Positions 10,647 through 19,205 are shown, numbered from the stretch's first letter. The stretch is 64,000 nucleotides of DNA from an uncultured Verrucomicrobiota bacterium (GCA_937996795.1 CALKUH010000029.1:6366-70365), one strand, 5' to 3'. Notes: generated from the sequence alone by a model not told the origin. Numbers and translations are program-made.

Positions 10647-10823
10647 TTACACGTTGGTGCGCATGCGGGCGCGCGCTTCCTTGCGGCGCTTCCGCTCGCT
10701 CGGCTTCTCGTAATACCGGTGAGACCGGATTTCGCGCATGATGCCTTCTTTATCGAGCTTCTTCTTCAGGCGGCGGAGGGCTTTGTCCACCGATTCGCCT
10801 TTGCGTACTTTCACTTCGGCCAC
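10647..10823 (-). CDS. rpsU: 30S ribosomal protein S21
   Basis: It is absent from the ORF track because it is only 58 aa with a GTG start. My translation is [64 protein letters not shown] lies about 12 nt upstream. Confidence 0.8.
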   Translation of the reverse strand: MAEVKVRKGESVDKALRRLKKKLDKEGIMREIRSHRYYEKPSERKRRKEARARMRTNV

Positions 10824-10957
10824 GTGTATGTGTCACTCCCTTCTCAGGTGCGGGATTCCAACCAACTCAAAGGGGCAGGAGGGTAGGTGGGCAACCGTCC
10901 GGTGTCAAACCCAACGACCGCGTTTGCAAGGAAGACGTCACACGCGGGCGGATGCGT

Positions 10958-12262
10958 TTAGCCGCGGCCGACGGAGTGATACGTAAACCCTTTGGCCCGA
11001 GCCACTTTTGGATCGAAGATGTTGCGCCCGTCGATGATGACGGGGCACTTCATCGCGGCTTTCAACTGGTCGAGGTCGAGTTTCTTGACCTCGGGCCAGT
11101 CGGTCAGGACCAACAGGAGATCCGCGCCGCGGGCGCACTCGATCGGGCTCTTGGCGTACTGCTGGCCGGGGTAGAGTTGGGCGAAGCGCTCCTCGGCGAT
11201 CGGGTCCCAGAGGCGGAGTTTGGCGCCGGCCTCGATGAGTTGCGGCACGAAGTAGAGCGACGGCGACTCGCGGACGTCGTCGGTGCCCGGCTTGAACGCG
11301 AGGCCCAGCACGGCGACGACCTTGTCCTGGATGACCCACAGCTCGCGCTGGATCTTCTGCATCACGTGCTCGCGCTGCGTCTTGTTCACGCGCTGCACTT
11401 CCTTCAGCAACTCGAAGTTGTAGCCGAGGTGATCGGCGATCTGGACGAACGCGTCCACGTCCTTCGGGAAGCAGGAACCGCCGTAGCCGACGCCCGCTTT
11501 GAGGAACTGCGGTCCGATGCGCCGGTCGAGGCCCATGCCCTGCGCGACCTGCTCGACGTCCGCGCCGGCGAGTTCGCACACGCGGCTGACGGCGTTGATG
11601 AACGAGATCTTCATCGCGAGGAACGAGTTGGACGCGTGCTTCGTCAGCTCGGCGCTCGGCGGGTTCATCACCAGCAGCGCGCACTTCGTCTTGTCCACAA
11701 TCGGCTTGTAGATGTCGCGCAGCAGCTTCTCCGCGCGGGGGCTTTCGACGCCGATCACGATGCGGTCGGGGTTGTATGCGTCCTCGATCGCCGTGCCTTC
11801 CTTGAGGAATTCGGGGTTCGACGCGACGTCAAACGGGATGTCGGCGCGCAGGTATTTCGTGACCGTGCGCTTGAGTTGCTCGTGCGTGTTCACCGGCACG
11901 GTGCTCTTCTCGACCAGCAGCTTGTAGTCGGTCATGTGCTCGGCGACCTGGCGGCCGACCTGCTCGACATAGGACAGGTTCGCCGCGCCGCGGTAGCCCG
12001 GCGGCGTGCCGACGGCGATGAAGATGACCTCGGCGAACTGCGTGCCTTCCGCGATGGACGTCGTGAAATGGAGGCGGCCCTCGGCGACGTTGCGGCGGAC
12101 GAGCTCCTCCAGGCCGTCCTCATAGATCGGCATCTGGAGCTGCTTGAGCTGCTTGATCTTGTTCTCGTCGTTGTCGACGCAGAGGACATTGTGGCCCCAA
12201 TCGGAAAAACAGGCGCCTGTGACCAGCCCCACATATCCGGTTCCTACGACGGTGATATTCAT
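10958..12262 (-). CDS. ugd: UDP-glucose 6-dehydrogenase
   Basis: Motifs MNITVVGTGYVGLVTGACFSDWGH, GGSCFPKD and LGLAFKPGTDDVRESP are present. Confidence 0.9.
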   Translation of the reverse strand: MNITVVGTGYVGLVTGACFSDWGHNVLCVDNDENKIKQLKQLQMPIYEDGLEELVRRNVAEGRLHFTTSIAEGTQFAEVIFIAVGTPPGYRGAANLSYVEQVGRQVAEHMTDYKLLVEKSTVPVNTHEQLKRTVTKYLRADIPFDVASNPEFLKEGTAIEDAYNPDRIVIGVESPRAEKLLRDIYKPIVDKTKCALLVMNPPSAELTKHASNSFLAMKISFINAVSRVCELAGADVEQVAQGMGLDRRIGPQFLKAGVGYGGSCFPKDVDAFVQIADHLGYNFELLKEVQRVNKTQREHVMQKIQRELWVIQDKVVAVLGLAFKPGTDDVRESPSLYFVPQLIEAGAKLRLWDPIAEERFAQLYPGQQYAKSPIECARGADLLLVLTDWPEVKKLDLDQLKAAMKCPVIIDGRNIFDPKVARAKGFTYHSVGRG

Positions 12263-12333
12263 GCGCGCAATGCCTCCATGCGGAAAAGGCTGAAACTGTA
12301 CCGGGGGGGCGCGCGCATTGCAACCCCCGGGAG

Positions 12334-13149
12334 ATGCGCTACACTGGACCCATGAAATGGCGTTTGTTCGCAGTGGGCCTCGCCTTTGTGCTGGGCGGGG
12401 TGGGGTGTTCCAAAAAGCCGGAGCCTGCCGCGGCCCCCGCGCCGCTGGTCGTCGGCATGGAGCTGGCCTACCCGCCGTTCGAGATGACCGATGCCGCCGG
12501 CAAACCCGCCGGCATCAGCGTCGAATTGGCCGAGGCGCTGGCCGCACACCTCGGCCGCCCGCTGCGCGTGGAAAACATCCCGTTCGACGGCCTTATCCCG
12601 GCGCTTAAGACGGGGCGCATCGACCTGATCCTGTCGTCCATGACCGCCACGCCGGAACGAGCGCAGTCGATCGACTTTTCCCACCACTACCTGCGCACCG
12701 GCCTCGCGCTGCTCGTCGCGAAGGACTCCCCGGTCGGCGGCTACCGCGACCTCGCCCAGCCCGGACGCCGGGTTGCGGTGAAGCTGGGGACAACCGGGGA
12801 ATTGTTTGCCCGCGACCGCATCCCCGAAGCCGAGGTCCATGTCCTCAAGGAGGAGTCCGCCTGCGTGTTGGAAGTCGTGCAGGGCAAGGTGGACGCGTTC
12901 ATCTACGACCAGATGTCCGTCTTCCGCCACTGGAGCCGGAACAAGGAGGCGACCCGCGCGCTGCTGGAGGCGTTCCAGAAGGAGGACTGGGCCATCGGCA
13001 TCCGGAAGGGCGACGATGCGATGCGCGAGTCGGTGAACGCATTCCTCGCGAAGTTCCGCGCCGACGGCGGCTTCGACCAGCTCGCCCGCAAACACCTCCC
13101 CGAGATGAAGCAGGCCTTCGACGAACTGGGCCATGATTTCGTTTTCTGA
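12334..13149 (+). CDS. amino-acid ABC transporter substrate-binding lipoprotein
   Basis: Lipobox LGGVGCS. Family-3 SBP motifs are present: VVGMELAYPPFEM, GRIDLILSSMTATPERAQSIDFS and AFIYDQ. Confidence 0.8.
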   Translation: MRYTGPMKWRLFAVGLAFVLGGVGCSKKPEPAAAPAPLVVGMELAYPPFEMTDAAGKPAGISVELAEALAAHLGRPLRVENIPFDGLIPALKTGRIDLILSSMTATPERAQSIDFSHHYLRTGLALLVAKDSPVGGYRDLAQPGRRVAVKLGTTGELFARDRIPEAEVHVLKEESACVLEVVQGKVDAFIYDQMSVFRHWSRNKEATRALLEAFQKEDWAIGIRKGDDAMRESVNAFLAKFRADGGFDQLARKHLPEMKQAFDELGHDFVF

Positions 13150-13154
13150 AGGCC

Positions 13155-13240
13155 AACCACGAATGGACACGAATCGACACGAATTCAGAGGGTGTCGCCC
13201 CGCGGTTTCCATTCGTGTGAATTTGTGTTCATTCGTGGTT
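13155..13240. repeat. REP-like imperfect hairpin (CACGAAT family) between the SBP and permease genes
   Basis: The left arm AACCACGAATGGACACGAATCGACACGAATTC (13155-13186) pairs with the reverse complement of 13209-13240 (AACCACGAATGAACACAAATTCACACGAATGG). About 26 of 32 positions match and the loop is 22 nt. Confidence 0.65.
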
Positions 13241-13245
13241 CTCCC

Positions 13246-14031
13246 ATGAACACTCAAGATTGGCTCATCGCGCCGCGGGGTGGGGCGGGGTCGTGGGGCT
13301 GGCGCGCGGCGCATACGGTGGTGATCCTCGCGGCGCTGGCGGCGGGACTCCATTTCGCGTTCGCGCAGATCGCGTATCACTGGAACTGGGGCGGCATCTG
13401 GACCTATCGCGCGCGATTCGTGGAGGGCTGGCTTGCGACGCTCGGGATCTCCGCCGCCTCCCTCGTCTTGAGTGTCGCCATCGGCCTCTGCGCCGCGCTT
13501 GCGCGCCGTTCGCGGCTGCTGCCGCTGCGCCAGGCGGCGCTGGTGTATGTCGAGTTGATCCGCGGCACGCCGTTGCTCGTGCAGATCCTGATCTTCTTCT
13601 ACGTCGTCGCGAACGCGTTCGGCGTGCATGACCGGTTTGCCGCGGGCGTGTTGATCCTCTCCCTCTTCGCCGGCGCCTACATCAGCGAAATCATCCGCGC
13701 GGGCATCGAGAGCGTCGGCGCGAGCCAGTTGGAATCCGCGCGCGCGATCGGCCTCACCCCGGCGCAGACGTATCGGTTCGTGATATTCCCGCAGGCGATC
13801 CGGCAGGCGCTGCCGCCGCTGTCCGGCCAGTTCGTGTCGCTTGTGAAGGACTCGTCCCTCCTCAGCATCATCGCCATCAACGAATTCACCCTGAGCGCGC
13901 AGCAGGTGAACAGCTACACCTACAGCACGCTGGAAAGCTACCTCCCCCTCGCGTTCGGCTACCTGCTTGTGACGCTGCCGTTGTCGTGGTTCAGCCGGTA
14001 TCTGGAGCATCGCTTCGCATATGAAGAGTGA
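13246..14031 (+). CDS. amino-acid ABC transporter permease (His/Glu/Gln/Arg family)
   Basis: LVYVELIRGTPLLVQILIFFY and EAARAIGL-like ESARAIGLTPAQTYRFVIFPQAIRQALPPL form the EAA loop. The start was chosen at the internal ATG at 13246, downstream of the hairpin. Confidence 0.85.
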   Translation: MNTQDWLIAPRGGAGSWGWRAAHTVVILAALAAGLHFAFAQIAYHWNWGGIWTYRARFVEGWLATLGISAASLVLSVAIGLCAALARRSRLLPLRQAALVYVELIRGTPLLVQILIFFYVVANAFGVHDRFAAGVLILSLFAGAYISEIIRAGIESVGASQLESARAIGLTPAQTYRFVIFPQAIRQALPPLSGQFVSLVKDSSLLSIIAINEFTLSAQQVNSYTYSTLESYLPLAFGYLLVTLPLSWFSRYLEHRFAYEE

Positions 14032-14034
14032 GGA

Positions 14035-14137
14035 AATGCAGAATGAAGAATGCAGAAAGCAGAAAATCCCCTCCTGGGAGGGGGCTGCGAAGCAGGGGGG
14101 GGCTCTTCCCTGACACCCGACACCTGACACCTTCTTC
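14035..14137. repeat. mosaic of short dispersed repeats in the permease-ATPase spacer
   Basis: AATGCAGAATGAAGAATGCAGAAAGCAGAAAAT (14035-14066) is followed by the small palindrome CCCCTCC..GGAGGGG and then a GACACC-family unit, CTGACACCCGACACCTGACACCTTCTTC (14110-14137). Confidence 0.55.
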
Positions 14138-14149
14138 CCCCCCATCCCC

Positions 14150-14881
14150 ATGCTGCTCGAACTCCAAAACCTCACCAAATCCTTCGATGGGCGCCCCGTC
14201 CTGCGCGACCTCAATTTGTGTGTCGAGGCGCGGGGCGCGCTGGTGTTGGTCGGGCCGTCGGGCGGCGGGAAATCCACGCTGCTGCGCATCCTCGCGGGCT
14301 TGGAATATCCCGATGCCGGCGCGGTGCGGGTGGACGGTGGCGCGCTGGTGTTTGAGGAGGCGGCGTTGCGGGCGCATCGACGCCAGGTGGGCGTCGTGTT
14401 CCAGGCCATGAACCTGTTCCCGCACCTCACCGCGCTGGAGAACATCACGCTCCCGCTGGTCCGCGTACACGGCCACGCACCCGCGCAGGCGCGCGACATC
14501 GCGCTGGACCATCTCGGCCGGTTTCAACTCGCGGACCACGCGCACAAACGGCCCGCGCAGATGTCCGGCGGCCAGCGCCAGCGCGTCGCCATCGTACGCG
14601 CCGTGGCCATCCGCCCGCGCCTGCTCCTCTTCGACGAACCAACCAGCGCGCTGGATCCCGAAATGACCGCCGAGGTCCTCGACATGATCGGCGAACTGCG
14701 CGCCGAGGGCCGCGACCTCGTCCTCGTCACCCACCACCTCGCCTTCGCCCGCACCGTCGCCGACCACGCCCTTTTCCTCGCCGACGGCCGCATCGTGGAA
14801 GACGCCCCCCGCGACACGCTCTTCGCCGCGCCCAACGACCCCACCGTCAAACGCTTCCTCGACCGCGTGCTGAAATACTGA
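14150..14881 (+). CDS. amino-acid ABC transporter ATP-binding protein
   Basis: Walker A GPSGGGKST, signature MSGGQRQRVAI and Walker B LLLFDEPTSALD are present. Confidence 0.9.
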   Translation: MLLELQNLTKSFDGRPVLRDLNLCVEARGALVLVGPSGGGKSTLLRILAGLEYPDAGAVRVDGGALVFEEAALRAHRRQVGVVFQAMNLFPHLTALENITLPLVRVHGHAPAQARDIALDHLGRFQLADHAHKRPAQMSGGQRQRVAIVRAVAIRPRLLLFDEPTSALDPEMTAEVLDMIGELRAEGRDLVLVTHHLAFARTVADHALFLADGRIVEDAPRDTLFAAPNDPTVKRFLDRVLKY

Positions 14882-15059
14882 CCGCAGGAAAGGGCCGAGC
14901 CCGCGAAACACGCGAACGGCGCGAACATGAAGCGTGAATTTTGTGAATGGGGAAAGGTACCCTTTCTCTGAAGTCCATCATTCCCCAAATCCCGAATTGG
15001 CAATCTCCTTATCATCTTCCAATCGGCTGAGTATCGGTTCGTATGGAATCCGATGGGGA

Positions 15060-15087
15060 TTGACATATTCGCTATTCGCGAATAGCG
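15060..15087 (+). promoter_or_regulatory. putative promoter (-35 TTGACA) overlapped by an 18-bp perfect palindrome, a likely operator
   Basis: TTGACA lies at 15060-15065. CGCTATTCG|CGAATAGCG lies at 15070-15087, ending 7 nt before the ATG of the wHTH gene at 15095. Confidence 0.4.
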
Positions 15088-15094
15088 TATCTCC

Positions 15095-15625
15095 ATGGTG
15101 TTGAAACCACAAGATGTTCTGGTTGTGCTTAAGTTGGTGGCGTCGGGGGGATTGAACTTTACGTTCGCACAGCTGGGTCAGCAGATTGGGATGAGTGCCT
15201 CGGAGTCGCATCAGGCCTTTCATCGGGCGCGCCGCGCGGGGCTCGTTCAGCCCGTGTTTAATCAGCCGGTTAAGGGCGCCGTTGCGGAGCTGTTGATTCA
15301 TGGGCTCAAGTACGTCTTTCCCGTGCATCCCGGTGGGCGGACCCGTGGGATGCTCACGGGAGTTGCCGCGCCACCCTTGAGCGCATCGTTCAACGTGGGG
15401 ACTGCCGACCGGGATGTATTTGTCTGGCCCGACCCTGAAGGGAGCCATGCGGGCCTCGAAATTAGACCGCTCTGTCGTTCTGTTCCCGTCGCAGCCAGGC
15501 AGGATGCCCGGCTGTACGAGTGGCTGGTTGTCGCCGATGTGCTGCGCGGCGCGGGACGCGCCCGTGAACGAGAGCTCGCGGAGGAATGGGTTCGCGGGAG
15601 ATTGGAGAACGATGCGAGCCGTTGA
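15095..15625 (+). CDS. winged-helix DNA-binding protein, AbiEi-like putative antitoxin/regulator
   Basis: The N-terminal FTFAQLGQQIGMSASESHQAFHRARRAGLV looks like a wHTH. The gene overlaps the downstream nucleotidyltransferase gene by 14 nt. The locus has lower G+C (33/60 in line 15121). Confidence 0.5.
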   Translation: MVLKPQDVLVVLKLVASGGLNFTFAQLGQQIGMSASESHQAFHRARRAGLVQPVFNQPVKGAVAELLIHGLKYVFPVHPGGRTRGMLTGVAAPPLSASFNVGTADRDVFVWPDPEGSHAGLEIRPLCRSVPVAARQDARLYEWLVVADVLRGAGRARERELAEEWVRGRLENDASR

Positions 15626-16331
15626 TCTTGATGCGGTTGCCAGGGTTGCCCGCCGACTGGAGCGACTCGGAATCGATCACGCCTTTACGGGTGGCGCGGT
15701 GGTCGGATTGCTGCTGGACAATCCGGAGCTTATCCAGATTCGTCCAACAAACGATGTGGATGCCATTGCAGCAGTCCTCACGCGCGCGGCCTACATCGAG
15801 ATGGAAGAACGGCTGCGCGGATTGGGGTTTCGCCACGACACCTCCGAGGGCGCTCCGGTTTGCCGCTGGATGTACGAAGGAATAAAAGTGGATGTCATGC
15901 CTGCTCGAGATCAGACCGGGCAGTTCGCCGATCGATGGTTTGAGTATGCCTTAACCACGGCTTGTCCCGTGATCCTTCCGGGAGTGACCGCGCGCGTTGT
16001 TCGCGCGACATCGTTTGTTGCGACAAAGCTTACCGCATTCGAGGATCGCGGCGAAAATGATTACCGCGGAAGCCATGATTTAGAGGATGTGTTGACCGTT
16101 GTTGATGGCCGTTTGTCGCTGGCGGCGGAACTTCAGGCCGAGCGCCCGGATCTGCGGCGCTATGTGGGCTCAACGCTGAGAGGCCTTCTTTCCCGCGCTG
16201 CCTTTTACGATGCAATTCCCGGCCATTTGCCGCCCGACCATGCGAGTCAGCAGCGTCTGCCTTTGCTGATCGGTCGGCTGGAAGAATTGGCTTCACTCGG
16301 GAACGAATTGGGCGAGGACTCCCCCTCGTGA
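15612..16331 (+). CDS. pol-beta-fold nucleotidyltransferase, AbiEii/AbiGii-like putative toxin
   Basis: FTGGAVVGLLL...IRPTNDVDAI matches the G[GS]...DxD NTase signature. KLTAFEDRGENDYRGSHDLEDVL resembles the conserved K..A...R....DxxD segment of AbiEii/DUF1814-type proteins. The start was chosen at the internal ATG at 15612. Confidence 0.55.
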   Translation: MRAVDLDAVARVARRLERLGIDHAFTGGAVVGLLLDNPELIQIRPTNDVDAIAAVLTRAAYIEMEERLRGLGFRHDTSEGAPVCRWMYEGIKVDVMPARDQTGQFADRWFEYALTTACPVILPGVTARVVRATSFVATKLTAFEDRGENDYRGSHDLEDVLTVVDGRLSLAAELQAERPDLRRYVGSTLRGLLSRAAFYDAIPGHLPPDHASQQRLPLLIGRLEELASLGNELGEDSPS

Positions 16332-16397
16332 GTTTCGCGGCGAAAGGGAGGGTTGTGAATTGCGCGGTGGGTTGAACTGATTTGGGAGAGGATTGAA

Positions 16398-17090
16398 TTG
16401 ATCAGCGCCGTACTCAACTGGCTGTTGCGTCCGTTCCGGAAAGCGCCGGCGCCTCGGCTGAATTCGTTTTTGGCGAAGGTGTCGGGGGTGGTGCATGTGG
16501 GGGCGAATGTGGGGCAGGAGCGGAATCGGTATCGGGCGGCGGGGCTGAAGGTGCTTTGGGTGGAGCCGATTCCGGAGGTGTTCGCGCGGCTTGCGGAGAA
16601 TCTACGGGGCTATGAGGGACAGGCGGCGGTGCAGGCGCTGGTCACGGATGTGGATGACAGGGAGTATGCGTTCCACATCGCCAGCAACGAGGGCGTGTCG
16701 TCGTCCATCCTCGAGCTGGCGCAGCACAAGGACATCTGGCCGGAGATCGACTTCACCTCGACGATTCGCCTCACGAGCGTGACGCTGGCGACGCTGTTCG
16801 CGCGGGAGGGTCTGAATCCCCGAGACTATCAGGCGCTGATCCTCGACACGCAGGGCTCGGAACTGCTCGTCCTGCGCGGCAGCGTCCCGCTGCTGCATTA
16901 CTTCGCCTACATCAAGGTCGAGGCGTCCGACTTCGAAGCCTACAAAGGATGCTGCACTGTCGCGGACATCGACGCCTTCATGCGGGAACACGGCTTCCGC
17001 GAAATCGCCCGCACCCCCTTCGCCACGCGCGCGGCGGGTGGAAGCTGTTTCGATTTGGTCTACCAGCGGATCGCCGCGGCGCAGGCCTGA
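16398..17090 (+). CDS. FkbM-family methyltransferase
   Basis: VVHVGANVGQERNRYRAAGLKVLWVEPIPEVFARL and LILDTQGSELLVLRG match the FkbM layout. The start codon is TTG. Confidence 0.7.
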   Translation: MISAVLNWLLRPFRKAPAPRLNSFLAKVSGVVHVGANVGQERNRYRAAGLKVLWVEPIPEVFARLAENLRGYEGQAAVQALVTDVDDREYAFHIASNEGVSSSILELAQHKDIWPEIDFTSTIRLTSVTLATLFAREGLNPRDYQALILDTQGSELLVLRGSVPLLHYFAYIKVEASDFEAYKGCCTVADIDAFMREHGFREIARTPFATRAAGGSCFDLVYQRIAAAQA

Positions 17091-17099
17091 CCGGGCGGA

Positions 17100-19205
17100 T
17101 CAGGGCGATTGCAGGATGCGGTAGTAGCCGGAACCGGGTCCGGTCTGGTGCCACGCATTGCTGACGGGGAACTGCTGCGGGTTGCCCGCGGTCCGCAGCA
17201 GGGTCCACGGACCCTCCGCGGCGTGGCCCGGTCCCGTCGCGTGCCAGAGCGTGGTGGTCTTGCCCTGCACGACAGGCCATTCGAGCGCGGACAGGAGCGG
17301 CGCGGATAGTTGGAAAACCGACAGGGGATCGGCGGGATCGGTGCAGGCCAGGTATTCGTGCCGGTTCCCGGCGCGATCGCCATCCGCGTCTCCCTCCGCG
17401 CCTTCCGCTCCTGCGGCAGACGCTGGATCCAGGCCGAACGCGTCCTCCCACGCATCGGGCAGACCGTCGCCGTCGCGGTCGGGGTCCGCGGCGTCGTTCA
17501 CCCCGTCGCCGTCGAGGTCGCCGGGGTCGAGGCGCACGAACTCATTGCTGCCGAGCAACTGCCCGTCGCCGTTGCCGGCGGGCGCCTGCGCCACGGTCAC
17601 CAGCGCGCCGCCATCGCCGCTCCCGTACGGCGCCGCGGCGAGGTACACCGCCGTGGTGAAGCCGGGGCCGAGCAGCGCCCCGAGATCGAGCACACCTTCC
17701 AGCCAGCCGCCGTTTTCGAAATACGTCGTCGCGCGCGCAAGGGCGAGGTTGGTGATCTGCGCGGACGCGGCGTCGAACCAGCCTCGGAACTCGTTGTCGT
17801 TTTCATCCGCAAGATACGCCAGCCACGCGGCGGCCTGGCCCGACTTGGCCCACGGCGCCGCGCGCGCCGCAGCGGGATTCGTCGCGATGAAGATGAAGTG
17901 GTCGTTGCCCTCGCCGGCATCCTGCGTCGCGACGTAGAGGTAGCGCCCATCGAACCGGGTGCGCAGCACCAGGCCGTTTTCGGCCACGACGGTGGAGAGC
18001 CGGTCGGCGAGCCCCTCCATCGGATAGTGGCGGACATCCGTCGGGTTCTGGGTCGCCGTCGCCTGCGCGGGATCGGTCTCGCCGCCCTCGACCTGGCCGT
18101 TGCCGTTGAGGTCCTCCTGGCCGTCGAGCAGGCCGTCGTTGTCCGTGTCGGGATCGGCCGGCAGTGTGTTCCCGTTGGCCGCCTCGCGCGCATCCGGCAG
18201 CCCGTCGCGGTCGTAGTCCGCCGCCGGGCCGGGCAGGCGCATCGTGGCGAGCACCGGGTAGTGGTCGGAGGGATACTGGAGGCGGGTGGCGCTGGTGTTC
18301 AGGTTCGTCGCGAGGGCCGCGTCGTAGACGACCTGCGCGGTGAGCGCGGTGAACCCGCCCCGGTGCAGGATCCAATCAATCCGCTCGTTCGCCGCGCGGA
18401 CGCCCCCGGCATATCCGTGCAGCGTGCCGGAATTATTCCACGAGCCGTGCACCTGCTGCCAGCTGTCGGTGAAATCGCCGGTGACGTTGTTGGTGGTGTG
18501 GCTGCCCGTGAACAGCCGCCAGGCCGCCGCGTCCTGGGTGCAGTTGAAATCGCCGCAGACGATGGCCAGCGGCGAGCGCGGATGCCGCTCCGCCCGCGTC
18601 CGCGCATCATCGGCGATCAGCGCCGCGCTGCGCGCCTGGGGATCGCTGTTGAAGTCGAAGTGCGTGGTGTAGAAAAAGAACGTCTGCCCCGTCGCCTGCC
18701 AGCGGAAGCGGCCCCACAGCGCGAGGCGCGGGAAGGCCAGCCCCATGTTGGGGAAATAGGCGTAGGGATTAAAATTCGTGCCCGGCGGATTATTCCAGTA
18801 GCCGCCGCCCGGCTGCGGGCCGAGCGCAAAGACCCCGCGGTCCAGCAGGTCGAGCGTCGCCGGGTTCCACGCGAAGGCCGCGTTCTCCAGGCCGCCCCCG
18901 CCGCTGGGCCGGTTGCGGTCGAACTGGTAGCCCGGCAGCAGCGACGCGAAGTCGTCCAGCTGCCCGGTCTCACCCTCCTGGAGCGCGACGAGGTCCGGCT
19001 GGTGCGCCAGCACGACGTCGCGGGCGACCAGTCGACGGGCCGGGGCCTGGTTCACATTCTGCCACGCGTTGTCGCCGTCCGGCGCGGAGGCGTACCGCAG
19101 GTTAAACGTCATCACCCGGATGACGTTGGTTGCTCCGCCCGCCGTGGCGAACCCGCCCACCAGGCCCGCCAGGACGACCGCCCGCAAGGCGCATCGATAC
19201 CCCAT
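17100..19205 (-). CDS. secreted endonuclease/exonuclease/phosphatase (EEP) family protein with thrombospondin-type-3-like Ca-binding repeats
   Basis: Signal peptide MGYRCALRAVVLAGLVGGFATAGG. EEP motifs are present: VMTFNLRY, LQEG, GDFN and SDHYPV. Asp-rich repeats are present: DYDRDGLPDAREA..DPDTDNDGLLDGQEDLNGNG and DLDGDGVNDAADPDRDGDGLPDAWE. Confidence 0.7.
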   Translation of the reverse strand: MGYRCALRAVVLAGLVGGFATAGGATNVIRVMTFNLRYASAPDGDNAWQNVNQAPARRLVARDVVLAHQPDLVALQEGETGQLDDFASLLPGYQFDRNRPSGGGGLENAAFAWNPATLDLLDRGVFALGPQPGGGYWNNPPGTNFNPYAYFPNMGLAFPRLALWGRFRWQATGQTFFFYTTHFDFNSDPQARSAALIADDARTRAERHPRSPLAIVCGDFNCTQDAAAWRLFTGSHTTNNVTGDFTDSWQQVHGSWNNSGTLHGYAGGVRAANERIDWILHRGGFTALTAQVVYDAALATNLNTSATRLQYPSDHYPVLATMRLPGPAADYDRDGLPDAREAANGNTLPADPDTDNDGLLDGQEDLNGNGQVEGGETDPAQATATQNPTDVRHYPMEGLADRLSTVVAENGLVLRTRFDGRYLYVATQDAGEGNDHFIFIATNPAAARAAPWAKSGQAAAWLAYLADENDNEFRGWFDAASAQITNLALARATTYFENGGWLEGVLDLGALLGPGFTTAVYLAAAPYGSGDGGALVTVAQAPAGNGDGQLLGSNEFVRLDPGDLDGDGVNDAADPDRDGDGLPDAWEDAFGLDPASAAGAEGAEGDADGDRAGNRHEYLACTDPADPLSVFQLSAPLLSALEWPVVQGKTTTLWHATGPGHAAEGPWTLLRTAGNPQQFPVSNAWHQTGPGSGYYRILQSP

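Noticed and set aside
12259-14499. A 746-aa minus-strand ORF across the ABC transporter operon, with similar ORFs at 24569..26356 (595 aa), 52348..54438 (696 aa), 145..1266, 38750..40093, 41373..42887, 60807..62150 and 36813..38690
   Set aside because: All lie antisense to genes that carry clear family motifs (ABC transporter, argS, tamB, cdaA, M29 peptidase, amidohydrolase, GltD-like, pyk). Their translations are Arg/His/Asp/Gly-rich with no recognisable motifs.
14978-15448. A 156-aa minus-strand ORF in the AT-richer spacer and the 5' part of the wHTH gene
   Set aside because: It is antisense to the wHTH gene, which is supported by operon overlap and the promoter palindrome. It has no RBS and no recognisable motifs.
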